NCBI GenBank assembly: GCA_051003195.1
Contig: JBPCLP010000054.1
Coordinates: 1 to 34,290, forward strand
Length of the DNA: 34,290 nucleotides
Source of the DNA: Candidatus Sumerlaeaceae bacterium
GTDB taxonomy: Bacteria > Sumerlaeota > Sumerlaeia > Sumerlaeales > Sumerlaeaceae
Direction of reading: 5' to 3'
Under the pieces are notes generated by a model. It did no database searches. It was not told the DNA's origin and worked only from the letters and a program-made list of their open reading frames with translations. Position numbers and translations under genes: made by a program. Positions 26,899-34,290 of this stretch are shown in pieces (positions within the stretch are counted from its first letter, which is position 1; each line of letters opens with the position of its first letter).

Positions 26899-28418
26899 GT
26901 GTGGCCGTCACGGGCGATGAGTTCCTCGCTGGCAGCGGGGCCCCACGTTCCGGCTGCGTAATTTGGGAATTCGGCCGGATATTGTTTCCATTGTTGCAGA
27001 ATGGGTGTCGCGATTTTCCAGGCAGCTTCGACCGTGTCGATGCGGTGGAACAGTGTCGGATCGCCCTGCATGCAGTCGTAAAGCAGCGTTTCATATCCCG
27101 TGCTTTTCACCCCGCCGAGGTCCGCGTAATCGAAGTCCAGTGCGACGGCCTGCGTCTTCATGGTAGGTCCCGGCGTTTTGGCGCGGATCTGCAGCGTCAT
27201 TGCCTCGCACGGCTGAATGTGGATGATCAGCCGGTTCGGACCAATGCGGCCCATGGGTGCATCACCGTAAAGGAGCAGTGGCGCTTCGCGAAACCGAATC
27301 AGGATGTCTGTCGCGCGCGTTGCCAACCGTTTGCCAGTGCGCAGGTAAAAGGGTACCCCCGCCCAGCGCCAGTTCTCGATACCGAGTTTAACGGTCGCAA
27401 ACGTTTCAGTCTGCGAGTTTGGGTCCACACCTTTTTCCTGCCGATAGCCAATCGCGTCCTCAGCTTTCACCTTGCCCGGACCGTACTGACCACGCACAGT
27501 ATTGCGTGCAACCTGCTCCGGCGTCATGGGCCGGATTGCTTCAAAGACTTTGGTTTTCTCGCCACGCACACTCTCGCCCAGCAGCGAGCTCGGCGGCTCC
27601 ATAGCAATCAGGCTCATCAGCATGAACATGTGATTCTGCATTACATCGCGCAGTGCACCCACGCCTTCGTAAAAACTGCCGCGACTTTCTACACCAATGG
27701 ATTCGGCCACGGTAATCTGCACATATTCAACGTACCGGCGGTTCCAGACTGGTTCAAAAATACCGTTGCCGAATCGAAAGACGAGCAGGTTCTGCACCGT
27801 TTCTTTGCCGAGGTAGTGGTCGATGCGATACGTCTGTGTTTCCTGCAGCACAGCAGCGAGCCGACGATTGAGTTCCCGCGCGGAATCCAAATCATGGCCA
27901 AACGGCTTTTCGACAATGACACGCCGCCACTTGCCTTCTTCTTCTTTCGCAAGCCCGGATGCGCCAAGCCCCTCCACGATCGTTGCGAAACTGTCCGGCG
28001 GCACCGACAAATAGAACAGGTAATTGCCCCCCGTTCCGAAATCGCGGTCGATTTCTTCGAGGCGCGCCTTTAGTACTGCAAACGATTCCGGGTCGTCGTA
28101 CTGTCCCTGGGTGTAGTGGAGTTTTGGTTCGAACTCGGTCCAGTATTCGCCGTCCAGTTTCTGCGTGCCGAATTCCTGGAGCGCTGCGTGCATGTCCTGG
28201 CGAAAAGTTTCATCGTTCTTTGGGCTGCGAGCGGCGCCCATGATTGCGAATTCTTTCGGAAACATTTGTTGCGCCCCAAGGTTGTAAAGCGCCGGCATGA
28301 GCTTGCGTTTGGTGAGGTCACCCGACGCGCCAAAAATTACCACGACACACGGGCCGGCCGGTTGCTCGTAAGCATCGGGTGCCTGTGCCGCAGTGCTTTC
28401 AGGAACAATGCCGGTCAT
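26877..28418 (-). CDS. zwf: Glucose-6-phosphate 1-dehydrogenase
   Basis: IFGASGDLTKRKL.PAL, EKPFG.DL, RIDHYLGKETVQN, RDVMQNH, RWAGVPFYLRTGK. Start is 28418 (ATG) or 28427. Confidence 0.97.
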   Translation of the reverse strand: MTGIVPESTAAQAPDAYEQPAGPCVVVIFGASGDLTKRKLMPALYNLGAQQMFPKEFAIMGAARSPKNDETFRQDMHAALQEFGTQKLDGEYWTEFEPKLHYTQGQYDDPESFAVLKARLEEIDRDFGTGGNYLFYLSVPPDSFATIVEGLGASGLAKEEEGKWRRVIVEKPFGHDLDSARELNRRLAAVLQETQTYRIDHYLGKETVQNLLVFRFGNGIFEPVWNRRYVEYVQITVAESIGVESRGSFYEGVGALRDVMQNHMFMLMSLIAMEPPSSLLGESVRGEKTKVFEAIRPMTPEQVARNTVRGQYGPGKVKAEDAIGYRQEKGVDPNSQTETFATVKLGIENWRWAGVPFYLRTGKRLATRATDILIRFREAPLLLYGDAPMGRIGPNRLIIHIQPCEAMTLQIRAKTPGPTMKTQAVALDFDYADLGGVKSTGYETLLYDCMQGDPTLFHRIDTVEAAWKIATPILQQWKQYPAEFPNYAAGTWGPAASEELIARDGHTWWTPDC

Positions 28419-28433
28419 GTGAAGCACCGTGGT

Positions 28434-29420
28434 TTATCCATGCGAAGGTTTCTCCGTGTGTCCGCCAAACTGAAACCGCATGGCCGACAACATCTTCTCC
28501 GCGAATGTGTGCTCCTGGCGCGAACGGAAACGCGCATAGAGTGCGGCACTGAGAACTTCGGCAGGCACCGCCTCCTCCAGTGCAGCCTGGATCGTCCACC
28601 GTCCTTCACCGCTGTCCTGTACGAACCCCGAGTAACCGGCAAGATCGGGCTGCTCCGCGAGAGCGATTGCTGTCAGGTCCAGAAGCCAGGAACTCACGAC
28701 ACTCCCCCGCCGCCAGAGCTCTGAAACATCCGCGAGGTTGATATCGTAGCGTATCTCCTCTGGTAGAGAAGCCGCGTTCGCATTTTTCATGATGTCGAAT
28801 CCCTCGGCGTAGGCTTGCATCAGGCCGTACTCGATTCCGTTGTGTACCATTTTCACAAAGTGCCCCGCGCCGGCAGCACCGCAGTGCAGGTAACCGTGTT
28901 CCGCCGTGCCGCCGGGCTTACGAGTTTTTGTCTGCTCAATTGTGCCGGCACCCGGTGCGAGAGTTTCAAAAATTGGATTCAATGATTTAACCACTTCTGC
29001 GTCGCCGCCGATCATCAGGCAATATCCACGATCAAGGCCCCACAATCCGCCTGACGTGCCTACATCGACATAGTGGATTCCGCGCTGCCTCAGCTCCGTT
29101 GCCCGGCGGGCGTCATCCTTAAAGTAAGAGTTTCCGCCATCGATGATAATATCACCAGCTTCAAACAACTCTGCCAGCTGCTGGACGGTGCTTTCGGTCG
29201 GAGCTCCTGCAGGAACCATCACCCACGCGATTCGTGGCCTGGCCAACTTTTGTACCATGTCCTGGAGGGAAACCGAGGGGACAGTATTCTGTGCTTCCGA
29301 GGCCAGCGCTTGCGCCACGACTGCGTCACGGTCGTACCCGACGATAGAATGGCCGCCGCGGGTCAGCCGCCGCACCATGTTCGCACCCATACGGCCAAGG
29401 CCGATCATACCCAATTGCAA
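28434..29420 (-). CDS. gnd: 6-phosphogluconate dehydrogenase, decarboxylating (short type)
   Basis: [63 protein letters not shown] start at 29420 after GGAGGAG. Confidence 0.96.
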   Translation of the reverse strand: MQLGMIGLGRMGANMVRRLTRGGHSIVGYDRDAVVAQALASEAQNTVPSVSLQDMVQKLARPRIAWVMVPAGAPTESTVQQLAELFEAGDIIIDGGNSYFKDDARRATELRQRGIHYVDVGTSGGLWGLDRGYCLMIGGDAEVVKSLNPIFETLAPGAGTIEQTKTRKPGGTAEHGYLHCGAAGAGHFVKMVHNGIEYGLMQAYAEGFDIMKNANAASLPEEIRYDINLADVSELWRRGSVVSSWLLDLTAIALAEQPDLAGYSGFVQDSGEGRWTIQAALEEAVPAEVLSAALYARFRSRQEHTFAEKMLSAMRFQFGGHTEKPSHG

Positions 29421-29642
29421 TGCGTTCTCCTCCAGGCCAGGTTGTCTACTTGCAATCCCGATGGTTGCGACGTGGCAGCAGGGGCACTCAACAAGTTTGC
29501 GCAAAGCATCGCCGCGAAATGTTGACACCTGCGTACCATGCACCGATGCAGAGCGCGAATTATACCGAAGCCTCAACAAATTGGTCAATGCAGTAGCAAA
29601 CCCAGAAGCATCTGACTGCCAGGCCACGCTTCTTCAAACCGG

Positions 29643-32573
29643 CTACTTACGCATGGGTTTCTTCACTGTCTTGGCTGGAGCAGGTTTTGCGGCCTTCTTT
29701 GTGGTCGCCTTTTTTGGCGTGATCTTTTTTGGGGCACTCTTTTTGGCTGCGGCTTTTTTGGTTCGTTTCATGGAAGTTGCGCGGCGCTTTGCCAAAACCG
29801 GCTGCACCTTCTTCTTCACAACAGCCGGCCCGGTAGTGCTTGGCTGGATGCCCAGCCATGGCAGCAGATCGCGCATGACCAAAGTCCGGCGATCTTCCGG
29901 TGTAACCTCCTCCAGCGCGAAAGTCAGCACAACAGAACCTGCGCGGTCCGGACTGTCTGCAATGGCCGCTCCCGCAACCGATTCGTGTTCGTCGGCATAC
30001 ATCAGAATTGGAACTGCTTCCTCCGCTGGCTCCAGCGTGCCGAGGTTACGGGGCAAAAGGTTTCGGATGGAATCCTTTGCGAGCGAAAGTGAGTAGGTAG
30101 AAAAGACTGTGGACGCTGCTCCCCTGATAACGAGCGGCCCGGTAGATAGTTCGCCGGCTTCAAAGGCGAGCAGATCTGCCAGTTCGCGGCCGGCCTCCAG
30201 CGTGCCGGTTCCCTCTTCTGCGAGTGCAGCCGGATAGAACGAACCCGAAAACAGTATGGCGCCCCCGGAAGTGTGATAGTCGGCCAACGTGGATAGCTGC
30301 GCTTCATCCAGCGGACTATCCATTTCCCTGTAGTTTCCGAAAGCGGCTATTACGGCGTCGTAATTTGCGTAGCCCGGATCGCCCTGCGCGAGGGCAGTCG
30401 CCGTAACGGAATCGAAGCCAACGTTCGAGGCCGCCAGTGCGTTCCCCCACGTGGGCACCTGCTCGCGCCGGTCCAGCAACCTTGGAATAATTCGGACAAA
30501 CTCGGCGCCTGCCTTAAGCGGCGCGCCGATATTGGCCGGCGCCGTTTGGGTAAGCGGTTCGTCAAATGCGCCAGGACCAAACCCGCACAAAAGAAGTGCC
30601 TCCGTTTTTGCATGGAAACGCGCTGTGCCGGCACAAAGCGACGGACGACTGTCGCCGCCAGGTCCGATAGAGGTGACTGTAAAGTAATGCGTGCCGGTGG
30701 TGAGGTCATCAAAACGCATCTGCGTGGCGTCGGTGGTGACCCGGCCGGAGTCGAACGCGCGGCCATCAAAAGAGTGGCATACACGATAAGCGGTGGGTGT
30801 GGATTCTCCGTCGGAATCCGGCGCCGCCCATACTACGGTAGCCGAATTTGTCGATACATCAGACCGGACCGAAAGCATCCTGGGTGAAGCGGGCGGAACG
30901 TATCGTTCTGAAGAAGCCGGGGAGTACCCATCCATGTATCTTAATGTTGCCCGGAGAGATGCTTCTGCCATGGACAGGCGCACCTCCGGATCGCGCAGCA
31001 GTTCGGCATCCATGGGATTATCATGAAACGCGACTTCTGTTATTGAGGCAACCATCTCATTGTGAATCGCATCGCGCCGAATCTCTCCGAAATCGATGTG
31101 CGAATCGGTAAGTTTATTGCGGACCACCCACGGTACAGGTAGATCCAGGCCGCGGCTCGTCATCTCTTCATTAAGGCTGCTTGCCAGCAATTGCGCCCAC
31201 TCCACCTGCTTGTCAGGACGAAGTTGCTCATGTTCATTGAAGAGTCCGACCACTCCCCTGCCACCCGCTGCGTTTGAGTGGAAACTGAGGAACACGCGGT
31301 CAAAGTACGAACCCTCACGTTCACGGTTCATATATGCGGCCAGGCGTGGAGCGGAACCGACGTTAGTGCGCTGGTCCGAACCCTCGAAAGCTTTGAATAT
31401 CGGCGGTGCGGACGCCGGTAGAGCGCGTTCGGTCCAGTAGCGATTTGCCTCTTCTTCGCGCGGGCGATCCGAAACGCCTCCGCCGCGATTCACATCGCCA
31501 AGTCCATTGCCAAACCGTATCGCGTCCGCAATGACCACGTGCTGGCCGTCCGCGTCTGCGGGATCTGAAATCTGGTTTGTGACGTCGACGTAACAGTCCA
31601 GACCCTTTGCAAGGTAGTACTCTCCAAGGTAAACCCAGCCTTTGCCCACTTGGCGATGATTGATCTGGAAATCCGTGCTGCCGCCGTTGTGCACAATCCG
31701 GTAGGTCTGATTGACGCGATCAGCGCCGTCGCGCGCCCAACAATATATGGGGTAGTAATCGGACTTGGGAATATGGGGCCGAAAGCGGGCAACTGCAGTC
31801 TCCTGCATGCGCGCGATTGCAAAGCGGTACGGCACACGCGCCCCGTCAAATCCAAAGAACGCCTCTGATTTTGAGTCGCGCCACTCGCCCTGGAAGGAGG
31901 CCTGGGAGGAATCGTTGTCGATAACACGCTCAATTGTTTGGAATCCAACCGGGCGCATTGGTACCACAGTTGCACCTGCGCGGATGCACATGTCGGCGAA
32001 CAGGTTCATTTGGTCCAGGTTTCCAAAATCCTCGACCACCCACGACGTCGATGGTCGCTGAGTGTACCAGAGTGTGGTGCTGGTGTCGTCGCAAGTCCAA
32101 CCGTGTCCCGCGGAGCAGAACACGATTTTCCCGCTGAGGCTTCCCGTTGGCTGCTTCATTGGGATGGAGGTGAGCGGCGGCGGCACCGATGCGGCTTTGC
32201 TGGCAGCAAGAGCCTTTTCACCAGGCGATTCGAGCTGCTTGTGAGCGGTTGCAGCCGCGGTGACATCTTCGTGGAACGCGTCGGCCGTAGCAGCGGCGAG
32301 CAACGCCGTCCGGTCCTCCAGCGTTGTGGATGTAAAGACCTCCAGGTCGCGAACCCACGATGTTGCATCGTCATCCCAATTTATACCTAGGTGTGAAAGA
32401 TACGGGTCGGTTGAGGTAGTGTTTACGTCCGCAGCGGTTTGGCAGTGGATCGGAATTGGAAGCAGCGTGACAAGCGAAACGAAACCGACGCATTGCGCTG
32501 CCCGCAGGGTTGTGTATTTGCCCCGCCCCCGTGCAGCCAGCCTCTCGACTACTCGTTTTGCCAGATAACTCAT
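29643..32573 (-). CDS. Large exported N-acetylmuramoyl-L-alanine amidase with inserted beta-sandwich domain, FN3 domain and Lys/Ala-rich tail
   Basis: SAGHG, VEDFG, LSFHSNA, TEVAFHDN (Amidase_3 H/E/H/E); IDND...VIADAIRF insert; VVWAAP...YRV...HYFTVTS FN3. Start uncertain. Confidence 0.8.
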   Translation of the reverse strand: MSYLAKRVVERLAARGRGKYTTLRAAQCVGFVSLVTLLPIPIHCQTAADVNTTSTDPYLSHLGINWDDDATSWVRDLEVFTSTTLEDRTALLAAATADAFHEDVTAAATAHKQLESPGEKALAASKAASVPPPLTSIPMKQPTGSLSGKIVFCSAGHGWTCDDTSTTLWYTQRPSTSWVVEDFGNLDQMNLFADMCIRAGATVVPMRPVGFQTIERVIDNDSSQASFQGEWRDSKSEAFFGFDGARVPYRFAIARMQETAVARFRPHIPKSDYYPIYCWARDGADRVNQTYRIVHNGGSTDFQINHRQVGKGWVYLGEYYLAKGLDCYVDVTNQISDPADADGQHVVIADAIRFGNGLGDVNRGGGVSDRPREEEANRYWTERALPASAPPIFKAFEGSDQRTNVGSAPRLAAYMNREREGSYFDRVFLSFHSNAAGGRGVVGLFNEHEQLRPDKQVEWAQLLASSLNEEMTSRGLDLPVPWVVRNKLTDSHIDFGEIRRDAIHNEMVASITEVAFHDNPMDAELLRDPEVRLSMAEASLRATLRYMDGYSPASSERYVPPASPRMLSVRSDVSTNSATVVWAAPDSDGESTPTAYRVCHSFDGRAFDSGRVTTDATQMRFDDLTTGTHYFTVTSIGPGGDSRPSLCAGTARFHAKTEALLLCGFGPGAFDEPLTQTAPANIGAPLKAGAEFVRIIPRLLDRREQVPTWGNALAASNVGFDSVTATALAQGDPGYANYDAVIAAFGNYREMDSPLDEAQLSTLADYHTSGGAILFSGSFYPAALAEEGTGTLEAGRELADLLAFEAGELSTGPLVIRGAASTVFSTYSLSLAKDSIRNLLPRNLGTLEPAEEAVPILMYADEHESVAGAAIADSPDRAGSVVLTFALEEVTPEDRRTLVMRDLLPWLGIQPSTTGPAVVKKKVQPVLAKRRATSMKRTKKAAAKKSAPKKITPKKATTKKAAKPAPAKTVKKPMRK

Positions 32574-32689
32574 TTTAACAGTGCTCACAGTTTTGGTCGT
32601 CGAATGTTATTGTCGGCATTGCTATCAGAAAAACGAGCAGCGCGCACTTTCGCTTTGCACCCCGTGGATTTACCATTCCACTGCCATGC

Positions 32690-34126
32690 ATGCTGTGGAT
32701 CCGCAAACACTGGAGAGTAATCGCTATAGGGGCCGCGGTGCTGCTGTACCTGTTCCTGGCGTTTAACAGGCTTTCGCGGCAGGACGCACTACCGGATGAG
32801 GCTTACACGCTCTTTGCGGCTGAAAAGACGCCGTTCTACCTCATCATAGACCGCGTTATGGCCGGGCACGTCCCTCTGTATTTTCTGCTCGTTCATGCAC
32901 TGCTGGTGCTGAAGGCGCCGGCGTCGCTTCCCGTCCTCATTGCGCCGTCGATTCTGTTCGGACTCGGCGGCCTGCTGCTGTTTTACCACCTTGCTCTAAA
33001 ACTGCAGTTGGGCGGATGGAGCGTACTTGGCGCTTTTTTGTGGGCGGTGCACCCCACCGTTCTCTTTCACTGCCGGCTTGCACGACCAAGCGCCGGGGCT
33101 CTGTTGCTCGAATGCGCCATGCTCTTGCTGGTGTGCGGCTTTTATCGTCAACGTCCTGCGCGCGTTCGCGTCGTTCTACTGCTCGCAGTCGGGTGCATTG
33201 GCTCACTTTGGATCCACTTACTGGCGGCAAACTGGCTCGTCATTATTCTTTTACTACTGGTGAAACGCGTTCGCGCTTCGTTCGACCCACGCCTGCTGCC
33301 AATCTGCGTGACGTGCTTGCTGCTGCACGGCTTGGGATTGGCCTTGTGCAGTTGGCTCAGCCCACTTGCGCTGTCGTGGATCCCAAAACCAACATTCCAA
33401 TCCGGCCTTGAGGTCCTTTGGCAAACCTGGGGGGCAGAAGGAAATTACTTAAACAAATTTGACTGGCCGTGGCTGCTCGCTGCAGTGTTGGCAATTACCT
33501 GGCTCATAACTCTGCTGCGGCTGTTAACGCGCCGCACCCAAAACGAGTTATGGATCATCATCCACTGTACTGCGGTTGTGCCCGTATTCGCAATGATCGT
33601 AATTTCCCTGGTTCAGCCGATGCTGCACCAGCGTTACCTCATGCACTTTGTGCCTCCGCTTATACTCTGCCTGTTGCACCTGCTGAACACGTTGCAACCG
33701 AACACAACAGCAACCTGCTCGGCCATCCTGGTTCTTGGCCTTGCCAGTTTCGACCGGAAACACTATCGTCTGCACGAGACCGGAATGCGCGGCGGTATTG
33801 AAAAACTGGAGGAGCTGACGTCGGGTCGAAATGATCTTGGAGTCAGCTATCAAATCACTTTCCCGCAGATGCTCACATTGTTTGCGAAGCGGCCCCATTC
33901 CATACTGCAGCTGGAGCCATCAAAGAGCAACGAAACCCTGCGCCCGAAGATCAGGGCGCACCTTGACAGGGGCGGTGTTTTATGGGAGCTGACGCCGCAA
34001 TGGTTCGTAACAAAGCTGTGGAACGAAATGGGAGAAACCACGGGCGAAGCGCGTTATCAGAAGTCCTACCCGCTATTTGTGATCCGCATCTATTCGAATC
34101 AGCCGCTCCCAATTCCCCCCACTTAG
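32690..34126 (+). CDS. GT-C fold membrane glycosyltransferase (PMT/ArnT-like)
   Basis: N-terminal TM, DEAYT, HVPLYF, PSILFG, HP.......ARP, WIPKP, RYL motifs; about 10-11 hydrophobic segments. Confidence 0.85.
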   Translation: MLWIRKHWRVIAIGAAVLLYLFLAFNRLSRQDALPDEAYTLFAAEKTPFYLIIDRVMAGHVPLYFLLVHALLVLKAPASLPVLIAPSILFGLGGLLLFYHLALKLQLGGWSVLGAFLWAVHPTVLFHCRLARPSAGALLLECAMLLLVCGFYRQRPARVRVVLLLAVGCIGSLWIHLLAANWLVIILLLLVKRVRASFDPRLLPICVTCLLLHGLGLALCSWLSPLALSWIPKPTFQSGLEVLWQTWGAEGNYLNKFDWPWLLAAVLAITWLITLLRLLTRRTQNELWIIIHCTAVVPVFAMIVISLVQPMLHQRYLMHFVPPLILCLLHLLNTLQPNTTATCSAILVLGLASFDRKHYRLHETGMRGGIEKLEELTSGRNDLGVSYQITFPQMLTLFAKRPHSILQLEPSKSNETLRPKIRAHLDRGGVLWELTPQWFVTKLWNEMGETTGEARYQKSYPLFVIRIYSNQPLPIPPT

Positions 34127-34170
34127 TGCGCTGGCCCGGAAATTCGCGGCATAATTCAGTTCGGGTTTTT

Positions 34171-34276
34171 TGCACCGAAGGTGCAGCGGAACACAGCCCA
34201 GGGTCAGGATTCCGGCCGTTTGGAATCCGCAGCCCTGGGTTACAGACGCCCATTTTTTCGCGCCCTGAAGGGGCGC
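34171..34276. repeat. REP-like multi-palindrome intergenic element
   Basis: TGCACC-GAA-GGTGCA; CCCAGGG..GGATTCC/GGAATCC..CCCTGGG; GCGCCCT-GAA-GGGGCGC. Confidence 0.6.
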
Positions 34277-34290
34277 CGGAAACCGAAAAA

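Noticed and set aside
26901..28073. 390-aa + strand ORF
   Set aside because: Antisense shadow of zwf with no recognisable motifs.
29421..29627. 69-aa N-terminal extension of Gnd
   Set aside because: A strong GGAGGAG RBS precedes the TTG at 29420, where family similarity begins.
29143..30096. 317-aa + strand ORF with a Phe/Ala-rich hydrophobic stretch
   Set aside because: Reverse complement of the Lys/Ala tail of the amidase and of the gnd 5' end.

Overview
Chromosomal window of a moderately high-GC bacterium. A C-terminal DWxLY-type motif on one secreted protein hints at Candidatus Sumerlaeota/BRC1; this is an inference, not a verified assignment. Most genes are housekeeping or envelope genes: a window-truncated hybrid kinase, a standalone fusA, a Uma2 nuclease, accB-accC, a C39-like peptidase, RRM and cold-shock RNA chaperones, NamZ, yhaM, miaB, two GT4 glycosyltransferases, an (alpha/alpha)6 glycoside hydrolase, a class V aminotransferase, infC(AUU)-rpmI-rplT, gnd-zwf-pgl, a large amidase and a GT-C enzyme. 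The most unusual element is a minus-strand unit yhaM -> standalone PqqD/RRE -> 741-aa fusion protein. That protein joins a YydG/EpeE-like radical SAM domain, which has Asn at the H-donor Cys position, to an NTP_transf_5-type nucleotidyltransferase. It looks like an undescribed RiPP-type modification system, and no precursor peptide is obvious in the window. Also notable: a twice-occurring ~95-bp hairpin-plus-tail repeat, a Bacillus-type L20 leader/attenuator before infC, a Sec-exported GspG-like/IPT protein with a probable sorting motif, and a REP-like palindromic element at the right end. No tRNA, rRNA, CRISPR array or transposase was seen.
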